From NCBI GenBank assembly GCA_030324005.1, contig JARDVH010000073.1, positions 43,333,943 to 43,397,942 of the forward strand: a stretch of DNA of 64,000 nucleotides, given 5' to 3'. The first letter of the stretch is position 1; each line of letters starts with the position of its first letter. This document shows positions 51,640 to 64,000 of this stretch, in pieces. Source of the DNA: Negaprion brevirostris (lineage: Eukaryota). Both the position numbers and the translations under genes were made by a program. The notes beneath the pieces are model-generated. The model saw nothing but the letters and a program-made list of their open reading frames with translations, was not told the origin of the DNA and did no database searches.

Positions 51640-52560
51640 CAGGCAACTTTGTGACAGTGGAGGCATTGAGAGAAGTGGTGGTGAGATAGAGCTAGGAGTT
51701 GATGACATACATGTGGAAACTGATGTTGTGTTTGTGAATACTGTTACTGACAAGCAGCACAAAGATGAACTCTATGGAGAGGGCAGGGGCAAGCACTGAC
51801 ATCTGAAGGAGCAAGAGTGCTGATGGTAAGAGGGGGAAGTTATTGTGGGTGATTATCTTCTATGATTATAGCGATCAGAACAGAACCTGGCAGGTGCAGT
51901 CCCACCAGCCTGATGTTGGAGGAGGATGTGGTCAATAAGATCACGGAGGATCAGATGTTCATGGAGGATTGAATTTAGTTTATCTTTGGTGGAAGGTGAA
52001 TCTGGTTTACCTTTGTTACAAATGCACAGGATGCCATTTGTAAATTTCATAAGAGCCATTTAAGTTCTTTGCTAGAGGTCGAAACCTGATGAATTCAGAC
52101 ATGGAGTTCCAGGAAAGATTGCTAAGAATTTGGGAAGTGACAACACATTCAAGGACTTTAGAGAGGAGGTGGGGAGTAGTTTACTAGGCTGAAGGCTTCA
52201 AGAGTCTTTTTTTGAGAGAGGGTTGATGGCAGCACATTTGAAGAAAGGAGGTTAAATCCCGAGAAAAAAGAATTGCTAACAATGTCAGCTGACATGTGAG
52301 CCAAGAGAGTAAGTTGGATGATCAGCATGTTAGTAGAAATAGGATCGAGAGAGAAGGAGGTGAGTCTCCTGTACGAGATGAGACCAGAGAATGTATGAGG
52401 TGACATAGGTGAAAAAGATACACGTCCAGGATTAGGGCAGAAACACCCTAAAGGGTATTTGACTGAGTGCACTGGAGGAAGGGAGGGATTTTGAAAGTCC
52501 ATTTAAATGAATTGCGGTAGAGTTTTTATTTCCAGGACAGAATGAAGCTAGATTTGGAGA
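51640..52560 (-). mobile_element. L2-clade LINE RT fragment
   Basis: SFSLDPISTNML..QL..LAHMSADIV..S; ALMKFTNGILCICNKGK; DLIDHILLQH. Confidence 0.7.
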
Positions 52561-55500
52561 GGGAATAAGGAAGCGAGCGGAGAGGGACTTTGCACATTGG
52601 AAGATATCAAAATGAGTAGGTCATTCATTCTCTCGAGCCTGTTCCACCACTAAATGTGACTGGATACAAAGAAAAGATCAAAGGTTGATACTGTGGGAGC
52701 ACTGAGGCCTTGTGAGATAGCAAGATCAAATGTATAGCTGTCTATATACATTTGAGACTTTATATATGTAGGGTGTGATCTGGGGAGGCTAAGAAGCTAG
52801 TGAGCTCATGAGAAGAGGGAACAAAATGAATTGAGATTAAAGATGAATTCACAAATTTGAGAAGTCACTCACTGCAGAGGCCATGGGATAAAGCAGTGAA
52901 GATAGCTCGGTGAGAAAATTGGCATGGTACTTTGGGAAGCAGTAGAGAATGAGGATCTTAAATGAGAGGTGAGAAGAGTAGAGCAAGGCAAAATGTTCAA
53001 AAGAGAAATTGCCAGAGGAGTAACAGGTGATTTAATAATAACACCCACACTGCCAAGTGACAGGCTAGTTGAAGTAAATGGTGGAAAGGTATAGCCAGGT
53101 AGGGAAGCATCTCCCCTCAGTCAGGTTTCTGTCAAGGCTATAATGTCAATTCAATTGTCCACAATAAGTTTTTGGGTGGCAATCTCACAAGTGAATGGAC
53201 ATTTGTTAGTTATGAGGTTTACAAGATTACTATATTTTGAAGTTGGTGACATCAGATTGTAAATATAGTGCTGTAGTCTGTCAATCTACTTCTAAGATGA
53301 AAAAGAGTTTGGACCAAGAATAGATAATTAGCATTTCAACCAGGACGCAAGGTTACTGTGTTTCACATTGCCATGGAGAACAGGGCAGAGGAAACTATCC
53401 CTGTGACCAGATTACAGACTCCCCTATAAATCAATGTATATCAAAGATAGACAACAGAAAGGTTGCTCGACTTTGCAAGTTACTGAAGTTAGTTCTGAGA
53501 AAGGGAGTGTGTCTCTGGTTGTAGAAACATGTCTAGCAACCTCCTATGGATTCCAGTAGATTTGTTCTGGCATAGCCAATGGAAAGAGGAATTACTTAAT
53601 TAGGTTCACTGCTGGCGGTGGATATAAGAAATTGTCTGAAAATGCCTGGAGACAGTCACTCAAAGTTACTACTTAGCGAAATGGGAATTCAGGAGTCCAT
53701 TGGAAGCTGGGAAACAACTGTGGACTGGTTGCTAAAAGAGCTGAAATTCCATTGCGACTTACAATGTGTGTCAACACAAAGAGACAAATATTCTGCTCTG
53801 TTGTTTAAAATGCAAGTTTTTTACAAAAAGAAAATAATCTTTCATCAATTATATATTTAGTCATTTGTTACAGTAAACATCTTTAAAATGTCAAATCTTT
53901 AAAATATCAAATCTTGATGTATCATTCTCCCAGCTTTTAACTGGAAGTTTGAATCTCTTTTAATAGTTATCAGTTTCAAAAGGACAATAACACATTGTGG
54001 ATGGCAACGTATAGAGGAACGTATAGAATTGACCTACTGTCTATTGACTTTTAAGATATAATTTCAACACTCGGACAAGTGGGGTTGACAGGGAGAAAAT
54101 TGGCGAGATCAGTGACCCCCCAGTCAGTGAGCTGGGTGGGAAATTGCAACAGAAAACTCAACATTTCTACAAACTCAGCACGAACCAGCAGAAACCAATC
54201 AACAACTAATCTAAGTAGCTGATGATCTCTTTAAATAACAGTGGTGGGGCTCTTTGCTGCTGCTGAATACATATTTGGCTATGTGTGTTTAGGAAGGTAT
54301 GTTCACTGGAGTCTTGAGGTTGGAAATGGCACCACTGAAGTCAGATCAATGTTACATACTCTGATATCACCTTCCCGATTGATATACTTTTAACACACAC
54401 ACCTAAAGCCCATGCTAACATCCTCGCCAAAATGGCATCCATCTTTTTCTGTGCCTGAAGTGTACGCATGTGGTGCAAATGCTATTTTGTGCCCAAGACT
54501 CTGCTGATAGCGCTGAAAATTTTGGTGTTACATAACTGAATTTTGTTACCAGGTTTTTTTTTTAAATGTGAAGATTTTTCCACTTTCTGACTGAAGATAA
54601 CACTGCAGTTAGTTTTCACTTTCCAGCCATACTGCGACTACTGGAATGTTTTGGGCTGTTATTAAAGTGTGATTTGATGAAGTATTTTTCAGAGAAGACA
54701 AAGTTCAAAGCAAAATTCTGAACTACATTGCTTATGCATCACTAATGGCAGACCTTTCCTTTCTGATCACCTTTTTGTGGCAATAAGTCGTTTACAATGA
54801 GATATTTGGATTGTTTCTTTTGCTCTGAAGGCAGAGAACTCTTCCCCCACCCAACTCCTGAAAGAACCTTTGCAGTATTACTGAGATACTGCTAGCTACT
54901 GGCACTCAAAACGCCTTTGGCTCAAAAGTATTTTGATGGGGAGTTAGAAACTGCTGCCTGTGTCAACTGATCAGATAGACAACCATATCTTTACATACTT
55001 TTGTGTCACATATGTCTACAGATCAGACTTTGTTTACTGATGTAAAAAAAATCAATGCCAATCATAGCTTGTTCACATAGATATTTGAAAGTCTGACTTT
55101 TAACATATATAATTAAGTGACAATTTGTCTATCCAGTATGTATGAGGCAATATATGGCTCCCAGACTGATTAAATACCAAGGTCACAGACCTGAACTGCT
55201 AGTAAGCCTTTAGAAATACTCTNNNNNNNNNNNNNNNNNNNNNNNNNNNNNNNNNNNNNNNNNNNNNNNNNNNNNNNNNNNNNNNNNNNNNNNNNNNNNN
55301 NNNNNNNNNNNNNNNNNNNNNNGCTTTTTTTTCCCTTCTCCGACTTTCCTTAAGGTTTCAGGAGTAGCAGTTACTCTCCTGTACTTTTTCCAAGTTACCG
55401 TCCTTCATATGTGAACGCTGGAAAGTATATCTCAGTAGGTTTTGCAAATGTAAGAAAGTTTTTCCTTCTTTTGCCTGCCCCCCACTCTTTTCTCCATTCC

Positions 55501-55844
55501 TCCCCTGAGATTGGCTCATGCTGATTCTGGCCATCAGTTATCTTTTTCAAATAGCTATTCTTCATGTATCAGCCTGGATCCTGTTTCCCTTAATGCACAA
55601 ATGTGTCAAGCATGGAGGTATCTAATATTAACCTTCTAAAGAACAAATCTTCATCGTAGCTTCGCAATTCTCTTCCCTTTTCAGTTCATGACTAATGGAA
55701 ATTCGAGGAGGAAATTTTCCTGGTCAATGATAGAGCAAGGCAGCAACCTTAAGTAACTCATTATCTGACTTCTCACTGCTCACTTGATAGTCAAAAATGA
55801 TATTGAGAAGGAAAACAGCAGCCAGTATGTGAGATCATTGTCAC

Positions 55845-56040
55845 TCCCAAGTTCCCACACCATGCTGATTTGGACATATATTGCAATTCCTTCACTGTTG
55901 GTGGGTCAAAATTCTATAGCTTCCCACCTAACAGCACTGTGGAAATATCTTCACCACAGATGCTGCAGCAGTTCAAAGAGAAGTTTACTATCATCTTCTC
56001 AGGGGTAATTAGGATTGACATAAGATAGCCACATACCGAC
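55845..56040 (+). mobile_element. 3' end of the CR1/L2-group LINE (partner of the 44665 SINE family)
   Basis: ttccttcactgttggtgggtcaaaattc..cctaacagcactgtgg...gcagcagttcaaag...cttctcaggggtaattagga. Confidence 0.6.
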
Positions 56041-56216
56041 GATATTTGTTTTTTGAAAAATGCGTTCAATAAAAGCTGGGATTGTATTTGCATCTGCAGT
56101 ATTTGAGGAACAAAAGTGAAACTCATGAGCAATTTGTTACCAAAATGTACTTTATGTGGCCAAACTATATATCCACAGCAAGCCCAATAAAACAAAAACT
56201 TTCTGCTCCTTCAAGA

Positions 56217-56430
56217 TGTGGAGATGTCAGCATTGGACTGGGGGTGGGCACAGTAAGAAGTCTCACAACGCCAGGTTAAAGTCCAACAGGTTTATTTGGT
56301 AGCACAAGCTTTCAGAGCACTACTCCTTCATCAAGTGACTCATCTGATGAAGGAACAGCACTCCGAAAGTTCATGCTACCAAATAAACCTGTTGGACTTT
56401 AACCTGACATTAAGAGACTTTTTACTGTGC
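56217..56430. mobile_element. Penelope-derived palindromic element: two inverted terminal-repeat copies carrying hammerhead motifs
   Basis: Arms 56248-56338 and 56340-56430 are ungapped reverse complements (76/91 identical by hand count). They are flanked by tgctc(c/t)ttcaaga at 56204-56216 and 56428-56440. Confidence 0.8.
56341..56375 (+). ncRNA. Minimal type I hammerhead-ribozyme motif (Penelope-type, degenerate)
   Basis: CAT-CTGATGA-A-GGAACAGCACTCC-GAAA-GT-TC-ATG: CUGANGA and GAAA core boxes, a GGA/UCC stem II, a CAU/AUG stem I and a vestigial stem III. Confidence 0.6.
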
Positions 56431-57609
56431 TCTTTCAAGAGTGCAGTTGGTAAATGCACAATTGATTGAGCACATCATATGATAAAAGAAGATTAGATGA
56501 TTGAGCCTGAATCTGCGTTAGATTGCTGATCTCGGCTGAGACACCAGTGGGGATACAGTTGTCCAATTGTCAGGGGTGTCCAACCTCTAACTCCTAGCAT
56601 CACTTACACTCCAAGCCTTAACATAAAAAACTGTTAACTTAAGCTGATAATTTATGCAGTTGTTATCCAAAGGGCACTCTATTCGTATGACTCAATGGCT
56701 TCAGAAGAAAAGGGAAGAAAACGCTTTTGAGAATTTAAATGAACAAAAACCATCAAATCTATTTTGAAATTAAAAATGTGCATTACTTTATCCTTGCATT
56801 AGTGAAAACGAAAAAAAAAACTTATGTTTTGTTGGAAGAATGTGTCCAAGTCATAGTGATTTTCAATAAACTATGCAGTACAACAAATATTAATTTTGTG
56901 ACAAAATAAACCACACTATTGTGGGAATTTTACCTAATATAGCTTGATTTGAGTGAGGAATTTTAATTGCAGTAGGAATTTGCTTGGATCCTATCTGTAC
57001 AAATGATGGTGAGTTAATATTAGTTTAGCTCTGACCTGATCAATTAAAATCAATGTGGCATTAGGAATGCTTTTAACTTGGCAAAGCATGTCTCCACAGA
57101 TTGGCACTTGTGGACTTTCACTCCACAAAAAACCAAAACTACCAAAGAGAAAATAATATAAATTCACATCACCTGGTGGCCATTGAGATTTTAAAAAATC
57201 ATTTTGCACACTACTAAAAATGATTGGCATTAGAAGTAATTTTCATTATCTTGACATTTAAAATTTATTGATTGCTTCCCCTTCAGTTAATCTTACAGCA
57301 ATGTAAGATTTTGATCTCCTTGGTGAATTGCAGGCCATTTGGATACAGGCTTTAATATATTTAGATTTATGGACAAGAGACCAATTTAATGGTCTTCCCT
57401 TTTCACAGTTCTTTAAAGTACCATCAATGATCCTCTGATTTGGTTTAGTATGGACAACAATTCAAGCAAGGAAGGGAGAGGGATGTTGGAGATGGCAGCA
57501 GTTTACAAGGAAAGAGGGGGGGAGGGAATTCTTTTTGAGCGGTGACAGCGGTGGTTTTGAAAGTGAGAGGCAAACCTCCAGAGAAGCAAGAATCTAATGG
57601 TCATTGAGA

Positions 57610-58800
57610 ACAGGAAACTTGCTGTCCTTACCCAGTCAGGCTGATACATGACCCAGGCCTACATCAACTCTTAGCTGTTCTCGGAAATGGCTTAGAAACT
57701 ACTTAATTGTATCAAGCCACTATGAAGAATAAAACTGGATGGACCACGGCTGCAATCTAGGCATCAAATTAGGATTGGATGAAAAGATGTCCAGTCGATT
57801 CTGTAAAATTCTCCTCACTAACATATGGTGTCTAAAGTTGGAAGAGCTATCCATACACTAGTTAAGCAATAGCCTAACATAGATATGATTCTGAGAGTAT
57901 AACCATCAAAATGTCACAGACTCTGCCATTGCCATTATTAGGTGCAGCCCATCAGGATGACACCACCTAAGATGGAACAAAATGGTATGTAGTCTGGTGG
58001 GAGTGACCTTGTTTAATATTCACTTAAGATTTCACGCAGTCTCATTGCATCAGGTCAAACATAGAAAATGAAACCTCCTGCTGATTACAATCTACTGCCT
58101 TCCCTCAGCTGATCATTCAGTACTCCTTCATGTTGAACACCACTTTAAAGAAGCAGGGGGTATCAAAAGCACAGGATGTAGTCTGGGTTGGCAACTTCAA
58201 AGTCTACCACCAAAAATGATTCATTAGCATCACAACTGGCCAAGTCCTGAAGTACACAGCTGCAAGATTGGACTTGCAGCAGGAAGTAAGAACACCAATG
58301 CAAGGGAAAAATCTAATTGACCTTGTCCTCTTCACAAATACCTGTCATAGAACATGACAATATTGGGAGGAGGGACCAATGCAGAGTCCTGGTGAAGGAG
58401 AAGTTCCAAAGTTGCACTGAGGAGATCTTTCATTATGCTGTGTGGTACTATCAATGTCACATTAATTAGATTGATTAAGACTAAATCTAACAGTTGAAAA
58501 CTGGGCATCATAATGTGCCACAGACCATAAGGACGATCAGAATTAATTATATTCCAGCATAATTTGTGAGGCATACGTATCAGTCCTTCATTAACCCAGA
58601 TGAAGTTATGAGGAAAGTAGATGAGCTCCAATCATGGATGTAAGAGCTGAAAGTGAAGTGAAAGGAACTGCCCTTGACTGCAATGCAGCGTTTGAGCATA
58701 AAACTAAAGTCATCACTGGGGAACAATTTAGTGGCTAGAAATATAATTGGCAAAAAAAAAAGATGGCTGTGGTTGATGGAGGCCTAACATCCGAGTTTTA
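57610..58800 (+). mobile_element. CR1/L2-group LINE 5' region with APE endonuclease remnants
   Basis: LLTNIW..KLEELSHTLVKQ*PNI..I; GNFKVYHQK; PMQGKNLIDLV: decayed APE motifs, preceded by a SINE-body-like 5' sequence. Confidence 0.6.
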
Positions 58801-59109
58801 CAAATGCAAGAGCTAAACTGAATGAAGAAATGGCCTAGGGCAGAAGAAACCCTGACTGGAAGGAATGGGGCAAGAAGCACCTGTTTAACATATGTTCTTA
58901 ATCTCAGTGCAATAGATAATACTGGAGCTCTTTTCAATGGAAAATGAGCTTAAGAAAGTGGAAAAGGTAAATAAAAGAAAAGCTTTTTGCAACATCTGGT
59001 GCAACTATGCTCATTTTTTAAAATCAGTTTATTTGTTTTCACATATAATTTTCCTCATTTTTAAAAAATTGTGTGGAAGGATTAGTAGACTGAGTGAACT
59101 TGTTGAACC

Positions 59110-59782
59110 ACAGCTTGTAGGCAACAAGTCTCAGAGTGGGACTTGTAACTGGTGCTTCTGGCTCAGGCAGGGGTGCTACCTAGTGAGGCACAAATTCTCA
59201 AGCTCAGAAATTTGGTTGACAGTGAGAAGGATAGTGACAGACTTCAGGAGGACTAAAAAAAATGATGAAATGGACAAACATAGGGCAGATTAAATTTGAT
59301 GTAGAGAACATACATTTTACCTGGAAAAATGAGGGAGGGGAGGCAATATGAACGAAACAGCACAAAGATTTGTTCTAACGGTACCAGAGATAAGGAACAT
59401 CAATCATGTGGAAAGATTGGAGAAGTGAAGTTATTCTCCATGAAACAGAGGAGATTAAGAGGAGACTTGATAGAGGCATTCAAGATCATGGGTGATTTTA
59501 GTAGAATAAATAAGATTAAACTATTACTAGTAGCAAGAGAGTCAATAGCCAGAGGATACAGTTTTAAAGCTAAAAGAGAATGTGAGGAAATTGTTTTTTA
59601 AACACAGCAAGTTGCTATCATCTGGGATGCACTGCCTGATGGAGCGATGGAAGTAAATTCAATGAAACATTCAAAAGAGAATTGAATAAATACTCAAAAG
59701 AAATACATTTGCAGGGATTGGTTGAATAACACTGCTGAAAAGAACTGGTGGAGACACTGCTGTACTGTATTGTTCTATGATT
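59110..59782 (+). mobile_element. CR1 LINE fragments and 3' end
   Basis: LFSMKQRRLRGDLIEAFKIM; tgggatgcactgcctgatggagcgatggaag; tail ttctatgattctatga. Confidence 0.75.
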
Positions 59783-62700
59783 CTATGAAAAAAACAAGGA
59801 TATGTTGGGAGACTTTTTTTGAATGAAGAAACTTATTAGGAATGCTCAACCAGAAATAATTTTGAAGCTGAATGGATATTAGCTTTGAAAAGAGAAGTGG
59901 ATAAACATTTGAAAAAGATTTAAATAATATAGAGAAAGGGCAGCAGAGCAGGTGCAATGGGCTGAATGGTCATCAGCTGTGAAATTCAACAAAATTCCTC
60001 CTATCTCCCAATGTAACATCAGTGAAAGGTCAGCAGGAATCCCTCAGAAGTAGCAGAAATGACCTTTTTTAAATACGTATTAACAAAGTGCATTAATACT
60101 GTACTGAGCCTCTACAGATAGTCTATGCTCATTAAACTATTTGATTAAAAAAATGGCAGACCTGATGCCAGGTCAGCGGTATCTCAAACTTTTCCAGGGA
60201 AAGTTTAATGGTTTCGATTGCTTGTGTACAAGATTATTTACAAGTAAAGCATAAAGACAGCCTTCATGTAGTATCATAATAACCTTGGAAAAAAATTCTA
60301 AGGTGGCAAAATACAGGCATTTGACTTCAGACCAAGGAGGCTTTTGCAGCTCTGACTTTCAGGAATACCAGAAAGATATTTGACCCTTGGTTCTCCCAGC
60401 TCAGAGCATAAGACTTGTTTGCTGATTTTGTTAGACGTGCATGGAAAAACAAGTTGTTCTGTACTTTCCATTTTGATGTCTTTACGACTAGACTTGCATT
60501 ACAGATTATGATCATAATCCTTACTTGATTGGCATCCTGTATTCTCGATTATGAAGTCAGTACAAAAGATTTCACTTCAGATCAGTATCAACACCTTTCA
60601 GGCACAAACCAGTCAAGGGCAAAATCATTCAGTAAATGGGTCAGAGGAGCTGCCTGGATGACTTGTAATCAGCGATCAACTTCTGAGTGAAATCATCAGT
60701 AATGAACATTTGATCAGCTGTTTATAAAATAAATTTTTTCGCAACAGGCACATACATACACATACCGGAACATTAAAGGAGTGACACGGAAATTGGGCAC
60801 AGAGGGGTACTTTAGAAACCGAAAAATATATTAATTCCCTACCAAAAACATGTCGCTATTTCTTAGTGATAAACAACCTGGAGCTAACCAAAGATCCATA
60901 CTTGTAGAACAAGCAAATATTTCCAAATGCAAGGTGCTGTTGAGAAAAAATTGAATCGTGGTAAATATTCCAAAGTGGTGATAACTGGAGGTGAAATTCT
61001 TGCCTTCAACAAGAAGAAAAATGTGACTAAAAAGGTAATAATCTCAAAATAATTTAAACAGAAAATGATGTCTAATTATCACTGCTAAGTAATGTGTTTA
61101 AAGTCAGCACTCTCCTAAAGGTCAAATACCAACATTTTTATAAAAATTAGACAGGAATTTCAGTCACTAGGTTATGAACTAATTAACCAAGTGTGATAAG
61201 AGGGCAAAATGCCAGCCTATGTGAGAGATAATTTCCTCTAGGTCACAAGGTCTAATAGCTGTTGCATAAAGACTCAGCAAGGTCAGAGTTTGATTGTTTG
61301 AGGTTTAAGGTCCCAAACTTTGATTTTCTCTCTCTTTAAGGTGCTTTAATAATACCATTGCTGACTGTAACATTCTCTGACATTACTGCCATTAATTAGA
61401 ATATCTGAGGTATGTTAAAACAACAGTTATCAATCATTTTAACTTAATCTCCTAAAAGATGCATGANNNNNNNNNNNNNNNNNNNNNNNNNNNNNNNNNN
61501 NNNNNNNNNNNNNNNNNNNNNNNNNNNNNNNNNNNNNNNNNNNNNNNNNNNNNNNNNNNNNNNNNNCATGACCCTGCAGTTCATTCAAAGATGTTCGGTT
61601 TCTTCCAGTTAAGATGGAAATTTGAACTGGTACAGCTGCTTTTTACGTAACTATTGCCTAAAAGTCTAATCTGAAAGAAATACTTAAACATAAAGGGAAA
61701 CAAAACACTTCACCCTAGTTAAGCTTTATTTCAAAAGGCACAGTGCATGGTGGAATTCAATCTGAAATGGACAGGCAAGCATGTTGAGGCCATTGGCACC
61801 CACAGTTACATTAAATTATCCGCATTTTGTGGAAGAACAGAAATTCAGGAAAAAAACAGATTTCCCACTCACTTTCCTCAATTCTGACACATCCCAAACT
61901 GATGACTGTGATCCTCCGGACCACAAAATCTACCCTTAAAAATAAAATGTAAAGAGTATGTAGCATCTGCCAATCAATGAAGAAGGTGAGTTAACTAAAT
62001 TAATTCAAATAACATTTCATGAATCTTATCAGCTGCTATACTTCGGGTGCTCATAGTGCTGAAAATAAGTTTTGCTGTATAATAACACCAAACAAAAAGT
62101 AGTAAAATTTCCAGGGAAAGGAAGTTGTGCAGTACAACTTCTTGTTTTTGAAGAATTTGTGTTACATGTCTTCAACTTGCCTTAAGTATTCTGTTAACTA
62201 TTGACTCCTATAACTAGTCAGTGTGCCTTACGTTCAGGAATATGCCCAAACTGACAATACCGAATTCTACAATAGCAAAACCAAAGGATGTAACACAGCA
62301 TAATCCAGGAGTTTAATTTTATTATCAAAGGGTGATCTGAACTGAGCATTGTCCTGGATCTTCCATTCAGTGATGAAGGAATACCCCTACAGTTTACCTC
62401 ATGGACGGCTGCACACAAAGATTTGACAAGTTTATGGCAGGGGATTTCCTGTCATTAGTGGCTTGATTTTCAATCAATGGTCAGGAATCTGAGACCCAGA
62501 TAATTTCCAGATCCTGCTCATCAAATNNNNNNNNNNATGTAAATGCCCTAATTTGGCTGTATGCGAGCTTGGTGCCCAGTTAATGATGCCTGAGAACTAG
62601 CAGCAGGTGGAAGTTGCCTGCAGACTACAAGTAGCCAAGACAGAAAATGGCCATAATGGGACCTGCCACTGCCTTGCAGAGTAAGTAGCACATCAGAGGG

Positions 62701-63559
62701 CCAGCAGTCTCACTCCACCTAATAACGGCCAATGAAAAGGTGCTATGATTGATTTTGAGCAAAATCCCCAGCACCAAAAATTTAGCATCATAAAAAAAAA
62801 TTACTTATGTGTCCCAGCATTGAACCTGACAGCTTATTGTGCATCAGATATGAATTGAAAGTGTCCTTTGTGCCCTCCCCAGCCCATTAACAAACTTTTC
62901 AAGGAGCTTAACAGACATATAAGTAGAGCTGAGTGGGCTCCCAACACCTCTCACCCCGCCTCACTTTGAAAGTTTCAACATGTCCCAGAGGCTTTGGGAC
63001 ACCAACACATCATCTGAGAGCTTATATTCACAACACACCCACTCCAGTTCCCATCCCCACCAGCAATTAAAAATATTAGCCCAGGATTGTTAGGAGCATA
63101 CCCCTTTAAGGTCAGGTGACCCAGGACACAAGTTCCATCCTGGATGGAGCTTGCCAAGCTAGTTTTGTGCTGACTATGCTAGAGAATTGATGTGTTAGTA
63201 AGCAGTTCCAGCTGATTTACTTCCACTTACCTCATGGTCTTTGACTGGTGCATATTCAATCTCATACATAGTAAGGGTGTCTTTTTTAATTCATTTGTAG
63301 GATGATCACCTTTATTGATTTGGGATCTACAGCTAGCTTTGGCATAGTCTAATTCAGCAAAGGCATTAGCATACAGCTTCTTGGTTTACAACTGATATGA
63401 GAGTGTGAGCAGGATGATGCATCTAATCTATCAAAACAAGAATTTCTAGCTGAAGGGACCCTGACCAGGATCAGAATGGTTGAACTGTACATGAAATAGT
63501 ATGACAGCAGTAACCACAGGAATGAAGTGGAGATCTGGGAAGGCTAATCTCCAGGTCCT

Positions 63560-64000
63560 TCACTTTTACTTAGAGATTCTGCTGTGGGTTCTGAGGGACT
63601 GCAGGAGGTGATATTTCCGAGAAGAAATAAACCAGCATCTCACACTAAGCAGATGAACATGACTGTGGATGAATGAGATGAATACATTTAAAATAAGAAA
63701 AGAAAATGTATTGAATAAATTAAACAAATTCTGTGATAAAATCCGTGGTCTAGATGGATTGCAGCACATATTTAAAATAATCTAGGGAAGGGATAGCAGA
63801 GGCATTACTACACATTTAATTCAGTAATTTGTTAGGAAAATGGTGTAGTGCCAGCGACAGAGGACTGGCAGATAACTAATATAATGCTTATATTTAAGAA
63901 GGGGTCAGAACATGTCTATGGATTTACAGACCAGTCAGTTTAAAATTGGTGGTATGAGAAATGGTATTAAAGCAGAGAGAACATCTAGAAAAAAAATACT
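63560..64000 (+). mobile_element. CR1 LINE RT N-terminal fragment (runs off the window end)
   Basis: gataaaatccgtggtctagatgg (K.PG.DG-like), gaggactggcagataactaat (EDW..N), tacagaccagtcagttta (YRPVSL). Confidence 0.7.

Noticed and set aside
53355-53872. TG...CA-bounded block with CCAAT and TATA-like motifs, a possible solo LTR
   Set aside because: No TSD, primer-binding site or second copy could be verified by eye.
49675-64000. Search for the preceding EGF6 exon (ETCAVNNGGCD...)
   Set aside because: No such coding sequence found by eye on the minus strand; it is probably beyond the window or in a gap.
1-64000. CRISPR arrays, operons, rRNA or other prokaryotic systems
   Set aside because: No repeat-spacer arrays or dense ORFs; the DNA is vertebrate exon-intron sequence.

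Overview
This is vertebrate genomic DNA, not prokaryotic. The repeat content points to a shark or ray: HE1-type V-SINEs, SacSINE1-like DeuSINEs, and CR1, L2, Rex1, RTE and Penelope elements. The window lies inside a minus-strand SCUBE1 gene. I located six phase-1 coding exons by hand, all with canonical AG/GT ends: three calcium-binding EGF repeats (49552-49674, 16731-16847, 15719-15841) and three spacer exons (10217-10336, 4963-5055, 3204-3320). Only the 49552-49674 exon appears in its reading frame in the supplied ORF track. The rest is intron, packed with decayed retroposons, PIF/Harbinger-like relics and assembly gaps. The most interesting non-genic structures are: (i) a 183-nt palindrome of two oppositely oriented Penelope-type minimal hammerhead-ribozyme motifs with an apparent target-site duplication (56.2-56.4 kb); (ii) an RTE LINE with the geometry of a twin-priming 5' inversion; (iii) a Penelope GIY-YIG relic split by an inverted copy of its own 3' segment; (iv) inverted retroposon pairs flanking the in-frame EGF8+EGF9 exon cassette, a circRNA or exon-skipping candidate. 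Family names come from recognising motifs, not from database searches, and repeat boundaries are approximate.
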